64,000 nt of DNA from a virus. Location of the stretch: positions 64,001 through 128,000 of IMG/VR virus record IMGVR_UViG_3300017917_003859, one strand, 5' to 3'. Below the pieces are notes generated by a model. It made no database searches. It saw nothing but the letters and a program-made list of their open reading frames with translations, and was not told the origin of the DNA. Shown one piece after another: positions 53,009 through 61,727 of this stretch. How positions within the stretch are numbered: the stretch's first letter is position 1; each line of letters opens with the position of its first letter. Made by a program: the position numbers and the translations under genes.

Positions 53009-53831
53009 AAATTTAGACTTAATTTTTCATGCCGGATCAAGTTTATTAGAAGGCCCAATATGGGATAACAAAAATAAATTAATATATTGCGTATCAATAG
53101 AACAAGGGCTAATTTACCAAATCAACCCATCCTCAGGAGAAGTACAATCATATCCTACTAAAGGAAATGTAGGGTGTGTAGCTTTAATCCCAGGTGGAGA
53201 TTTAATTTCAGCAGAAAAAGAAGGTATTTTTGTTACAAATCCTAAAACAAAAGAAAAAATATATATTGATCAATTTGAATCAAATCCCGATTTACGATAT
53301 AATGATGGTAGATTTGATCCTGTTGGTAGATTTCTTGTTGGAACAAAAAGTGAAAAAGATTTTTTTCTTGAAAAAGAAATTGAGAAAGGTAAATTGTTTT
53401 CGTATTTTCAAGGTGAATGTAAAGTATTATTAGATAATTTACTAATATCAAATGGAATTGGATTTTCTCTTGATAATAAAAAAATGTATTTTATAGACAC
53501 TCCTACAAAAAAAGTAGCTCAATATGAATATAATTTAAACACAGGGGATATTAAATTTGAAAAATATATAGTAGAAATTGATGGACCAGGATGGCCTGAT
53601 GGTATGTGTGTTGATTTAGATGGGAATATTTGGGTAGCCGAATGGGAGGGATGGGGAATCAGAAAATGGGATGTAAATACTGGAAAAATGTTAGATGAAA
53701 TACTTTTGCCTTGTCCAAGAGTAACTTCATGTTGTTTAGGTGGAGAAAATATGAATGAAATTTTTATTACAACCGCTAAAAGTGAAGGTAATATTTTTGG
53801 AGGAGGTTTATTTAAAACAAAATTAAAATAA
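52992..53831 (+). CDS. SMP-30/gluconolactonase family protein
   Basis: 'EGPIW', 'RYNDG', 'SNGIGFS', 'PDGMCVD'. Confidence 0.92.
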   Translation: MKLNYKNLDLIFHAGSSLLEGPIWDNKNKLIYCVSIEQGLIYQINPSSGEVQSYPTKGNVGCVALIPGGDLISAEKEGIFVTNPKTKEKIYIDQFESNPDLRYNDGRFDPVGRFLVGTKSEKDFFLEKEIEKGKLFSYFQGECKVLLDNLLISNGIGFSLDNKKMYFIDTPTKKVAQYEYNLNTGDIKFEKYIVEIDGPGWPDGMCVDLDGNIWVAEWEGWGIRKWDVNTGKMLDEILLPCPRVTSCCLGGENMNEIFITTAKSEGNIFGGGLFKTKLK

Positions 53832-53834
53832 TAT

Positions 53835-54413
53835 ATGGCTACACCATCAAAATTTGATAATGATACTTTTTTAATGACTAGAGAACATTTAAATTCTTTT
53901 ATTAATAGAGTAGCTAAAATATATAATCAAGAAGGAAAAAAATTACTTGAAATAGGTTCCCAAGATAGATCTGAAGTTAAAGAAGCTTTTAATAAATGTA
54001 GTATTGAAACTCTAGACCTAGTATCTGATTACAACCCCGATATTATAGGTGATATTACTAAATATAATGCTCATATAAACGATTCTACATATGATATTAT
54101 AACTTGTTTAGAAATATTAGAACATACTTTAAATCCATTTTCTGCTATAGAAGAATTAAGACGCATCTGTAAACATGAAGGATATATTTTGTTTTCTGCC
54201 CCATTAAATTGGAGAATTCATGGTCCTGTTCCTGATTGTTGGAGATTTACAGAATTTGGTTGGAGAGTATTATTAAAAGATTTTGATATTATTGAAATAG
54301 ACAAATTAGAAACACCAGATAGGAATTTGTTTCCTATTAAATATAATATTTTAGCAAGATGTAATAAAAACAAAAATACTCAAGAACATGAATTAAAATT
54401 TCAAAGAATCTAA
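53835..54413 (+). CDS. SAM-dependent methyltransferase
   Basis: 'LEIG', 'EILEH', 'DCWRFT'. Confidence 0.85.
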   Translation: MATPSKFDNDTFLMTREHLNSFINRVAKIYNQEGKKLLEIGSQDRSEVKEAFNKCSIETLDLVSDYNPDIIGDITKYNAHINDSTYDIITCLEILEHTLNPFSAIEELRRICKHEGYILFSAPLNWRIHGPVPDCWRFTEFGWRVLLKDFDIIEIDKLETPDRNLFPIKYNILARCNKNKNTQEHELKFQRI

Positions 54414-54417
54414 ATTT

Positions 54418-55104
54418 ATGAAAATACATATATTTTATAGCCACTATAATGTAACTGGAACTGATAATAAAAGTAGACCAAACTGGTTTGATTATGAAAA
54501 ATGTTTTGTTAATTTATTAGAAACTATCAAAACCAAAAACAATATTATCCTTAATGTTGTTATGGATGGAAAAATAGAAAATAATTGGATTAATAAATAC
54601 AAACAATATTTCAACACATATGAATTTACAGGTGGTAATATGGAAATTGTTACTAAAGCTGTATATAATATTATAAAAGAATACAAATGTGATGATGGTG
54701 ATTTGATTTATATATTAGAAAATGATTATTTACATCTTGAAAATTGGAGTGATAAAGTAATTGAACTTTATAAAACATTTAATGGATTAAACTATATTAG
54801 TCTGTATGATCACAATGATAAATATTTTTTACCTCAATATGAAGATTTAATATCAAAAATAATAGTTACAAATTCTCATCATTGGAGGACAACTCCAAGT
54901 ACTTGCGGTTCATATATTGTTCCAAAACATATTTTTAATGATGATTATGAAATCCAAACCACAGTAATAGGGGATCATGTTAAACATGTTTACCTTAATG
55001 AACATAAAGGAAGATTTATACTAACACCAGTTCCTGGTTTGTCAACTCATTGTATGGAATATTTATTAAGTCCTACTATTGATTGGCAAAAAATAAATAA
55101 TTAA
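54418..55104 (+). CDS. Glycosyltransferase-like protein
   Basis: 'YILENDYLH', 'SLYDH.DKY', 'STH'. Confidence 0.65.
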   Translation: MKIHIFYSHYNVTGTDNKSRPNWFDYEKCFVNLLETIKTKNNIILNVVMDGKIENNWINKYKQYFNTYEFTGGNMEIVTKAVYNIIKEYKCDDGDLIYILENDYLHLENWSDKVIELYKTFNGLNYISLYDHNDKYFLPQYEDLISKIIVTNSHHWRTTPSTCGSYIVPKHIFNDDYEIQTTVIGDHVKHVYLNEHKGRFILTPVPGLSTHCMEYLLSPTIDWQKINN

Positions 55105-55749
55105 ATGAGAAAATATAAATACGATACCCAAAGTTATAATTTTGCAGATGGTTTAAGAAATATTTTTGATATATATCATCTTGATAGAATAAATGAAAAT
55201 AGAGATGTATTAAAACGAGAAGAAGATCAAAGTACTAGATATCATAAATTATATTATGGGTGGGCCAGAACTGAAAAATTTACTAAAATGTATGAATCTT
55301 TAATTCAACATATAATTAAAAAACATGTATACAACAATGAATCTATAGTATACCAAGCCATTCCTACTTTTAGAATAGCCTTTCCTAACAACATAGCTGT
55401 TGGTGAATGGCATAAAGATAAATGGTATAGAAATGGAGAATGGGCTTCTAAAGTAAAAGAAATGAATTTTTTCCTTCCTATCACAGATGCATTCGATACA
55501 AATACTATTTGGGCAGAAACAGAAGAAGATAAAGAAGATTTTATTCCTATGAATTGCAATTATGGAGAAATAATTCAGTGGGATGGATGTAATTTAACAC
55601 ATGGGAATAAAATTAATGAGACTGGGAGAACTAGAATTTCAATTGATTTTAGAGTCATAGAATATAAAAATTATATTCCAAGTGATCATGGATCAATAAA
55701 CACAAAAACTCCATTTGCTATTGGAGGTTATTATAAATTAATGAAATAA
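55105..55749 (+). CDS. 2OG-Fe(II) oxygenase-like protein (StrG-like)
   Basis: 'WHKD' HxD, 'HGN..N.T..TRISIDFR'. Confidence 0.75.
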   Translation: MRKYKYDTQSYNFADGLRNIFDIYHLDRINENRDVLKREEDQSTRYHKLYYGWARTEKFTKMYESLIQHIIKKHVYNNESIVYQAIPTFRIAFPNNIAVGEWHKDKWYRNGEWASKVKEMNFFLPITDAFDTNTIWAETEEDKEDFIPMNCNYGEIIQWDGCNLTHGNKINETGRTRISIDFRVIEYKNYIPSDHGSINTKTPFAIGGYYKLMK

Positions 55750-55750
55750 T

Positions 55751-56533
55751 ATGGAAAAAATAAGTGTAATTATACCTACATTCAAGACACCTCAAGCTCT
55801 TGATTTATGCCTTAAATCAGCAATTTTAGGTCAACATGATAGAAAAAATCAAATTATTGTTGTTGTAGATGGACATTATGATATAAATAAAGAGGTACTT
55901 GAAAAATGGAAAGAACATATTGATGTATTAAATCTAGAAGAAAATGTAGGAACAGTTAGAGCTACTAATTTAGGAGTATATAATGCCCAACATGAAAAAA
56001 TATTAATAGCAAACGATGACAATGTGTTCCCTGATGATTGGGATTTAAATTTACTAGAAAGTTACTGGCCTAACTCAGTCATGTCTCCAAACCAAATTGA
56101 ACCATACCCAAGTATTTTTTCTCAATTTATTATTGAAGATTTAGGACGTGATCCTAAAACATTTGATTTAGAAAAATTTTGGAAATTTGATAAGGAACAT
56201 GCTTCTAGAGATAAAATAGATCAAACTGGTTCAACATTTCCATTTTTTATGAATAAAAGAGATTATATGCGAGTAGGTGGATTTGCTGAAGATTACCCTT
56301 CACCTAGTGGGTTTGTCGCTGATTGGGAATTTTTTATGAAATGTCAAATGAATGGATTAAATATGATGAGAGCACATAATTGTCATTTTTATCATTTTGT
56401 TTCATTAAGTGCTAAGACTCCTGAACAGTTAGCTCAATCAAAACAATATGAAATTGCTTGCCATGAATATGCTAAATATAAATGGGGTTCTTATATAAAG
56501 CATGATCCTAAAACTAATTTAAAATTTATATAA
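55751..56533 (+). CDS. Glycosyltransferase (GT2)
   Basis: 'ISVIIPT', 'VVVDG', 'NDD', 'GGF', 'DWEF', 'YHF.S'. Confidence 0.88.
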   Translation: MEKISVIIPTFKTPQALDLCLKSAILGQHDRKNQIIVVVDGHYDINKEVLEKWKEHIDVLNLEENVGTVRATNLGVYNAQHEKILIANDDNVFPDDWDLNLLESYWPNSVMSPNQIEPYPSIFSQFIIEDLGRDPKTFDLEKFWKFDKEHASRDKIDQTGSTFPFFMNKRDYMRVGGFAEDYPSPSGFVADWEFFMKCQMNGLNMMRAHNCHFYHFVSLSAKTPEQLAQSKQYEIACHEYAKYKWGSYIKHDPKTNLKFI

Positions 56534-56581
56534 TTTAAATAGGCTTTAAAATATTTATTAGTATATTTAAAAAAAGAAATT

Positions 56582-56764
56582 ATGGGAGCTAAAAAATTAT
56601 ATATATGTTACTTGAAAAGTGATCCTAATAAAGAACCAATAAATAGAATTAGTGCATATTCATACGAGGAAGCACTTGAATTTTTCTCTCAGAGGAAAAA
56701 AATAGATAAACAAGCATTTTTAAGTATATTTGAAATAGAGGTATATGAAACTGAATCTAAATAA
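56582..56764 (+). CDS. Hypothetical protein
   Basis: ORF behind TAGG-N18-TATATTTA (56540). Confidence 0.6.
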   Translation: MGAKKLYICYLKSDPNKEPINRISAYSYEEALEFFSQRKKIDKQAFLSIFEIEVYETESK

Positions 56765-57146
56765 TTTTGGTAGTAAATTAAAAATTACTCAAAAAGAAGA
56801 AAAAACTAAATTTATTACTGAGGAGCAATTGTTTATTGAAACGGTTGATCGATTAGATACATGTTGGAGTAAATCAAATAAATTATATGAAATATTTAAA
56901 ATAAATGCTCTAGAATATGAAGAGGATTTTTATCAAGTAATTGAAGATTTATTTTTACTTAAATATGGTCCTTGGAAAACAGAAATAGTAATGTGGTATA
57001 TTTTCGGTAGAATAGATATCGATGGGAATATGTATCCTTTAATAGTTCAACTAGATGAGGATGACGAAGAAAAAGAAGTACTCCTTAAAACTCCTAAAGA
57101 GTTGTGGGATTTTTTAATAATGGTAGAAAAAAAAAGAAAAAAATAA
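56745..57146 (+). CDS. Hypothetical protein
   Basis: ORF. Confidence 0.65.
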   Translation: MKLNLNNFGSKLKITQKEEKTKFITEEQLFIETVDRLDTCWSKSNKLYEIFKINALEYEEDFYQVIEDLFLLKYGPWKTEIVMWYIFGRIDIDGNMYPLIVQLDEDDEEKEVLLKTPKELWDFLIMVEKKRKK

Positions 57147-57147
57147 T

Positions 57148-57438
57148 ATGAAACTTTGTATATCTTGTGGAAAAGAAATACACCCAAAACGTTTGGAAAT
57201 TCTTCCTAACGCAACTAAATGTGTAGATTGTTCAACCACAAATAAAAAAGCAGGTGTAACTGTTACTAAAGGAAAGGGAGACCATACTTACAATGACATA
57301 GTAATTATGGATCATGAAGACTATCTTAAATATCAAGAACTAGAAAACAAAACCTACAAACGTAGAACAGATGAAATATCTCATCCTGATGAAACAGATG
57401 ATGTTGAAGACACTGAATCTACTGAACCTAATATTTAA
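57148..57438 (+). CDS. DksA/TraR-type C4 zinc finger protein
   Basis: 'CISCGKEIHPKRLEILPNATKCVDC'. Confidence 0.85.
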   Translation: MKLCISCGKEIHPKRLEILPNATKCVDCSTTNKKAGVTVTKGKGDHTYNDIVIMDHEDYLKYQELENKTYKRRTDEISHPDETDDVEDTESTEPNI

Positions 57439-57443
57439 TTAGT

Positions 57444-58133
57444 ATGCCTAAAGCAAAACCATTAACTAAAGAACAAGTACTAATGGCTATGCAGCATACC
57501 AAATCAAATAAAGCTGCGGCCCGTTATTTAAATTGCTCATACATTCACTACAAAAGGTATGCCAAAATGTACCGTGAATTTGATGGTGGAAGAACACTAT
57601 TTGAAATCCATAAAAATCAATGTGGTAAAGGAATTTCTAAATATGGATCAGGAAATAATGCAATGCAAGCCAGAAAAAACTGGAGAGTAATAGATGTGGT
57701 TGAGGGAAGACTATCCCCACATCATTACAAACCTGAATTAATTAAACAAAAAATGATTGAGGAAGGATTATTGAAGGAGGAATGTGCGTTGTGTGGTTTT
57801 CATGAGCGAAGAGTAAATGACTATAAAATACCCTTAATATTAAATTTCAAAGATAATAATTCAAATCATTATAATTTAGGAAATGTTAGATTTTTGTGTT
57901 ACAATTGTTATTTTTTAAATATTGGAAATATTTTCAATCAACAAGACATGAAACAATTGGAAACGCACCAACCAACTTTTGGTATTACTAAAACACAAAT
58001 TGGAGATAGAAAATTTGAAAAAGCAATAGATTTCCAATTAGATGAATTCCAATTAGCCCAATTAGAAAAACTAGGCCTTTATCAGCCACCCAAACCCGAG
58101 GATGATGGTTCTGAGTTTATTTCAAGACTTTAA
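57444..58133 (+). CDS. HTH plus degenerate HNH/zinc domain protein
   Basis: 'SNKAAARYLNCSY' HTH; 'CALCG...LNFKDNN...N.RFLCYNCY'. Confidence 0.65.
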   Translation: MPKAKPLTKEQVLMAMQHTKSNKAAARYLNCSYIHYKRYAKMYREFDGGRTLFEIHKNQCGKGISKYGSGNNAMQARKNWRVIDVVEGRLSPHHYKPELIKQKMIEEGLLKEECALCGFHERRVNDYKIPLILNFKDNNSNHYNLGNVRFLCYNCYFLNIGNIFNQQDMKQLETHQPTFGITKTQIGDRKFEKAIDFQLDEFQLAQLEKLGLYQPPKPEDDGSEFISRL

Positions 58134-58145
58134 ATATTTATTATC

Positions 58146-58301
58146 ATGAAACATCAAAAACATGATAAGATAGTTAAAGACTACCAAAACCAAAAATCAG
58201 AGCATCTTGATAAGTTGGCTACTAAAATGTTGAAAAATGATGAGAAGATGCAAAAGTTAAAAACTAAAAAAATTAATAAAAATTTCCTAAACTTATTTTA
58301 A
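58146..58301 (+). CDS. Small basic protein (51 aa)
   Basis: Not in track; MKHQKHDK...FLNLF; AATATTTATT at 58133. Confidence 0.6.
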   Translation: MKHQKHDKIVKDYQNQKSEHLDKLATKMLKNDEKMQKLKTKKINKNFLNLF

Positions 58302-58302
58302 T

Positions 58303-58608
58303 ATGAAGCCAAAAGAATTTAAAGTTAATACACTTGAAGATTTCCAACAAATGGTAGATAATAAAACCTTTAGTATATCTGAGGCTTTAGTAAATTCTAT
58401 TTTAAATAATTTAAAGACACGTAAAAAAAACATACATGTTCTTTCTGTAAAATGTATTAATGAGAATACAGAATTTGATATAACTTTGGAAAAGCGTCAC
58501 TTTGTTGAAACTCTTAAAGAAAATTTAAAATATTATGAAGAGCGCGAAATGTATGAAGAGTGTTCGAAAATAAATAAAGCTATTAAAGATTTAACAAAAA
58601 CTAAATAA
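58303..58608 (+). CDS. Hypothetical protein with UVR-like C-terminus
   Basis: 'LKYYEEREMYEECSKI'. Confidence 0.6.
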   Translation: MKPKEFKVNTLEDFQQMVDNKTFSISEALVNSILNNLKTRKKNIHVLSVKCINENTEFDITLEKRHFVETLKENLKYYEEREMYEECSKINKAIKDLTKTK

Positions 58609-58627
58609 TTCTGCAATATGTATAGTC

Positions 58628-58768
58628 ATGGCAAAATTAAAAGAACAAATCATTAGTTTTTTCAACAAATTCAAGAAAAAACGCAAGGGTATACATAGTA
58701 AGAAAAAATCTAGTAAACTTAAAACTAGCAAAAATTACAAAAAACCATATAAAGGACAAGGTAGATGA
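58628..58768 (+). CDS. Small lysine-rich protein ending KPYKGQGR (46 aa)
   Basis: Not in track; AATATGTATA at 58615; stop overlaps next ATG. Confidence 0.68.
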   Translation: MAKLKEQIISFFNKFKKKRKGIHSKKKSSKLKTSKNYKKPYKGQGR

Positions 58769-59292
58769 AGCGCTCAGAACTCAAACAAATTATTAAGGAA
58801 GAATTAGCAGAAGCTAAGAAAAAAGATAAAACAGGTTTATCATTTGCTCTAGCAGCAAACCTTGAAAAATACGGAAAACCTCAAACCCCAAAAGGCGCTA
58901 AACCTGTTGATTTTACTAAAAAACAAGAAAAACACGTAAAGAAAACAGCAGAAAAACTTAAAAAATCAATTAAAGAAGATTTAGGTAACTACATGTTTTT
59001 CCAAAACCTTAAAACCATTAAACAAATGGTTGATGATTTACTTAAGTTAGATGAAAAAATGGTTGATGGTATTTTAGCAAGTGGGCATGATTGGGCTGAA
59101 GATCATATTGCAACATCAAAAGATGATGTTGAAGAAGTACATAATTTTCTAATGAATAAAAAAGTTGCTATGCCTGTTGGGATGAATGAAAAGAAACAAT
59201 TGTCTCCTAAACAAAAGAAAATAGCAGCAGCTGCTCCACCAGAAGATGAAATAACGGGTGCTGATTTTAAAGTATTAAGAAATAAAAAATAA
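58765..59292 (+). CDS. Leader-bearing modular protein (putative internal head protein)
   Basis: MKRSELKQIIKEELAE leader; internal IKE and MNE sites. Confidence 0.7.
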   Translation: MKRSELKQIIKEELAEAKKKDKTGLSFALAANLEKYGKPQTPKGAKPVDFTKKQEKHVKKTAEKLKKSIKEDLGNYMFFQNLKTIKQMVDDLLKLDEKMVDGILASGHDWAEDHIATSKDDVEEVHNFLMNKKVAMPVGMNEKKQLSPKQKKIAAAAPPEDEITGADFKVLRNKK

Positions 59293-59300
59293 ATTGAAGG

Positions 59301-59332
59301 CTTGGCTTCCAATGTAAATTAATATATATTTA
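59301..59332 (+). promoter_or_regulatory. Host-type promoter CTTGG-N19-TATATTTA
   Basis: Motif family. Confidence 0.62.
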
Positions 59333-59349
59333 TATTAAACAATTAAACA

Positions 59350-59748
59350 ATGAAACAACAACTCAACGAAGAATTCTGTCGCATGCAAAAACTTGCAGGA
59401 ATTAAATTAAATGAAAATGAAAACTCACGTGAAGGAATTATAAGCTTTGGTCCATTTAAAAATGTAGAATGGTATTTACGTGACAATAATCAAGTATTTT
59501 TAACTGTTACTGAAAGTGATAATTTTAGAAAAATAGAAAATGAACTTGAATACACTAGTGATGAACTTACTGATGAACAGAAATCATTTTTAGATAATGA
59601 AGTAAATAATTTAGCTGAGGAAATGAGTGATTATTTAATGTCTATTGGAGTTAAAAATGAAATATATGATAATCCAATTGGTTATGGTCAAGAAATTGAC
59701 AATTTAGTGGTTGCTTTTGATAAAAATGATTTATCTAAACTTAAATAA
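59350..59748 (+). CDS. Leader-bearing acidic protein
   Basis: MKQQLNEEFCRMQKLAGIKLNE leader, acidic body. Confidence 0.7.
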   Translation: MKQQLNEEFCRMQKLAGIKLNENENSREGIISFGPFKNVEWYLRDNNQVFLTVTESDNFRKIENELEYTSDELTDEQKSFLDNEVNNLAEEMSDYLMSIGVKNEIYDNPIGYGQEIDNLVVAFDKNDLSKLK

Positions 59749-59772
59749 TAGAATTATATAAAAATTAAATAA

Positions 59773-59828
59773 AAGGCTTGGGAAACCAAGCCTTCTTTCT
59801 TATATTTACGTTAAATAAATAAGTTATG
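59773..59828 (+). repeat. Terminator/promoter/start cassette, copy 1
   Basis: AAGGCTTGG-gaaa-CCAAGCCTT hairpin containing CTTGG-N19-TATATTTA, ending AAGTTATG; 51/56 identical to 60974-61029. Confidence 0.88.
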
Positions 59829-60287
59829 AAAGTAGTTACAGACAACAGTGTATTCCCTCCCCGCAAACATTACGAGGATGTAGAATTAAAATTTACAAAA
59901 TTTACCCCAAAATGTCGTGTTCTCCCAGCAAATTATTTTGAAGAACCAAACACCCATTTTATCCTTAAAGCTAGATATGAACCTGGTGAAAATAAATTTT
60001 TCCCAATGGGTGGATTTGAAGTAAAACATTCCGAAGGAGGCACATACAATTATTATTTAGATGAAGTAATTGTTCATCCGTATGAATTAGGAATGAATAA
60101 ATTTTTCACTAAAGCCCCACCAGAAATTAAAGAAAAAGTAAAAGACCCAAATGCTCCTAAAGGAAAACGTGGTCGTAAAGCATTAGATCCTGAAGTAAAA
60201 GCTGCTAAAGAAGCAACAAAATTGGCTGAAGCTGAGGAAAGACGTAAGCGAAGCGGTGGAAAACGTGGAAGACCGAAGAAGTCATAA
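59826..60287 (+). CDS. Protein with C-terminal AT-hook-like motifs
   Basis: 'KGKRGRK' and 'KRGRPKK'. Confidence 0.65.
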   Translation: MKVVTDNSVFPPRKHYEDVELKFTKFTPKCRVLPANYFEEPNTHFILKARYEPGENKFFPMGGFEVKHSEGGTYNYYLDEVIVHPYELGMNKFFTKAPPEIKEKVKDPNAPKGKRGRKALDPEVKAAKEATKLAEAEERRKRSGGKRGRPKKS

Positions 60288-60301
60288 TATGTATAATAGT
60301 C

Positions 60302-60601
60302 ATGAACGACGAATATCAAACTTATCAATATTGGAATAATATGAAAAAACAACAACTCAAACAAATAATCAGAGAAGAAGTACGCAAAGTATTAACTGAA
60401 GGATTAAAATTTGGAAATGTAGGAAAAGGTGAAGAATATTTTGCTACTGAAGATTTTAGTATTTTTAAAAAAGGTGATAAAGTATATGTAGATACTGTTA
60501 GAAATTCAGGAACTGAAGTTGTTCTTGAATTATCTAATGATGCTGGAGAGCATGATTCTATTAAAGGTGATTTAAACGACGAAATTGAAGTATTTGATTA
60601 A
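60302..60601 (+). CDS. Leader-bearing protein (leader Met at 60341)
   Basis: MKKQQLKQIIREEVRKVLTE; AATATGTATA at 60286. Confidence 0.7.
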   Translation: MNDEYQTYQYWNNMKKQQLKQIIREEVRKVLTEGLKFGNVGKGEEYFATEDFSIFKKGDKVYVDTVRNSGTEVVLELSNDAGEHDSIKGDLNDEIEVFD

Positions 60602-60602
60602 T

Positions 60603-60947
60603 ATGAAAAAAATTGAATTAAAAGAAATTATACGTAAAGAAGTACGCGAAGCTCTAGACTCAGAATTCGAAAAGGCTCAAGACAAATTATATACTTCAGT
60701 AACTGGAAAAGAACCAGGTTCAAAAGGTTTAAATAAATTTAGAACCGATTCTAGTAATCCTAACAAAAAATATATAGTATCATATTGGTATACTACTAAT
60801 AATGGTAATGATGTTGATAACGATTATATAACAGATGTTATAGCTACTTCTCCTGAAGAAGCTATTGAGGTGGTAATGAATAATAGGTTTGAGTATGGTG
60901 TTCCTAGAACTGCTAAAAATTTTAAAGCAACAGAACAAAAAAATTAA
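60603..60947 (+). CDS. Leader-bearing protein
   Basis: Start reassigned to 60603: MKKIELKEIIRKEVREALDSE. Confidence 0.7.
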   Translation: MKKIELKEIIRKEVREALDSEFEKAQDKLYTSVTGKEPGSKGLNKFRTDSSNPNKKYIVSYWYTTNNGNDVDNDYITDVIATSPEEAIEVVMNNRFEYGVPRTAKNFKATEQKN

Positions 60948-60973
60948 ATTAAATATTAAATAAATTTTAATTG

Positions 60974-61029
60974 AAGGCTTGGGAAACCAAGCCTTTGTTT
61001 GTATATTTACATTAAATAAATAAGTTATG
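60974..61029 (+). repeat. Terminator/promoter/start cassette, copy 2
   Basis: See copy 1. Confidence 0.88.
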
Positions 61030-61281
61030 GAAAAAAAGATTATTACAAAGACTTTCAAATCGCTTAACGGAGTTATTAGTACTTGGTTTTATGAAGAAGA
61101 CAAATTAAACCTAGGACCATTTAAAGTATTAATCAAATATCCTGATGATTATACTTCAGATGCTGAAGATATAAGAAATAAAAATAAAAAACTTCCAAAA
61201 ACAAAACAAAAATATTTCAACCCAGCAAATGGGAAAATGATCGGATACAACCGTGCAGTGCAGTTGGGATTAATAAAATAA
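61027..61281 (+). CDS. Hypothetical protein
   Basis: ORF. Confidence 0.62.
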   Translation: MEKKIITKTFKSLNGVISTWFYEEDKLNLGPFKVLIKYPDDYTSDAEDIRNKNKKLPKTKQKYFNPANGKMIGYNRAVQLGLIK

Positions 61282-61285
61282 GATT

Positions 61286-61720
61286 ATGAAAGATGAATTT
61301 GTAACATATGAACAGGCACTAGCTCTTAAAGAGTTAGGGTTTGATGAGTCTTGTTTGGCTTATTGGTTTAATACAACCCCACCTAATCCAGAAGGACCGT
61401 GTATTGTTTATCATGAGAAACCGTATAATAATAGAGAAATAATTAAAAATGTAATTAGGGAATTTTGTTGGGCACCACTCAAACAACAAGCCTTTAGATG
61501 GTTTAGGGATAAACATAATTTGTTAGTCACTATTCAAGCTATGATGAAAGATAGTTGGTTACTTACTATACAATCTACTGATTCAACTACTGCTAATGGT
61601 GTTTATAATGGTAAAAGATGGGAATTAGATAATGATGAAGGTTATGTTGAACCAAAGTCATATGAAGAAGCAGAACAAGCCTGTCTAGATAAATTAATAG
61701 AAATTTGTAAAAATAAATAA
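61286..61720 (+). CDS. Hypothetical protein, tandem paralog A
   Basis: 'EFVTYEQALALKELGFDE...AP..QQAFRWFR...YEEAEQACLDKLIEI'. Confidence 0.75.
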   Translation: MKDEFVTYEQALALKELGFDESCLAYWFNTTPPNPEGPCIVYHEKPYNNREIIKNVIREFCWAPLKQQAFRWFRDKHNLLVTIQAMMKDSWLLTIQSTDSTTANGVYNGKRWELDNDEGYVEPKSYEEAEQACLDKLIEICKNK

Positions 61721-61727
61721 GACTAAT

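Noticed and set aside
53230-53433. Plus-strand 67-aa ORF inside the SMP-30 gene
   Set aside because: Out-of-frame nested ORF with low-complexity composition and no start signal.
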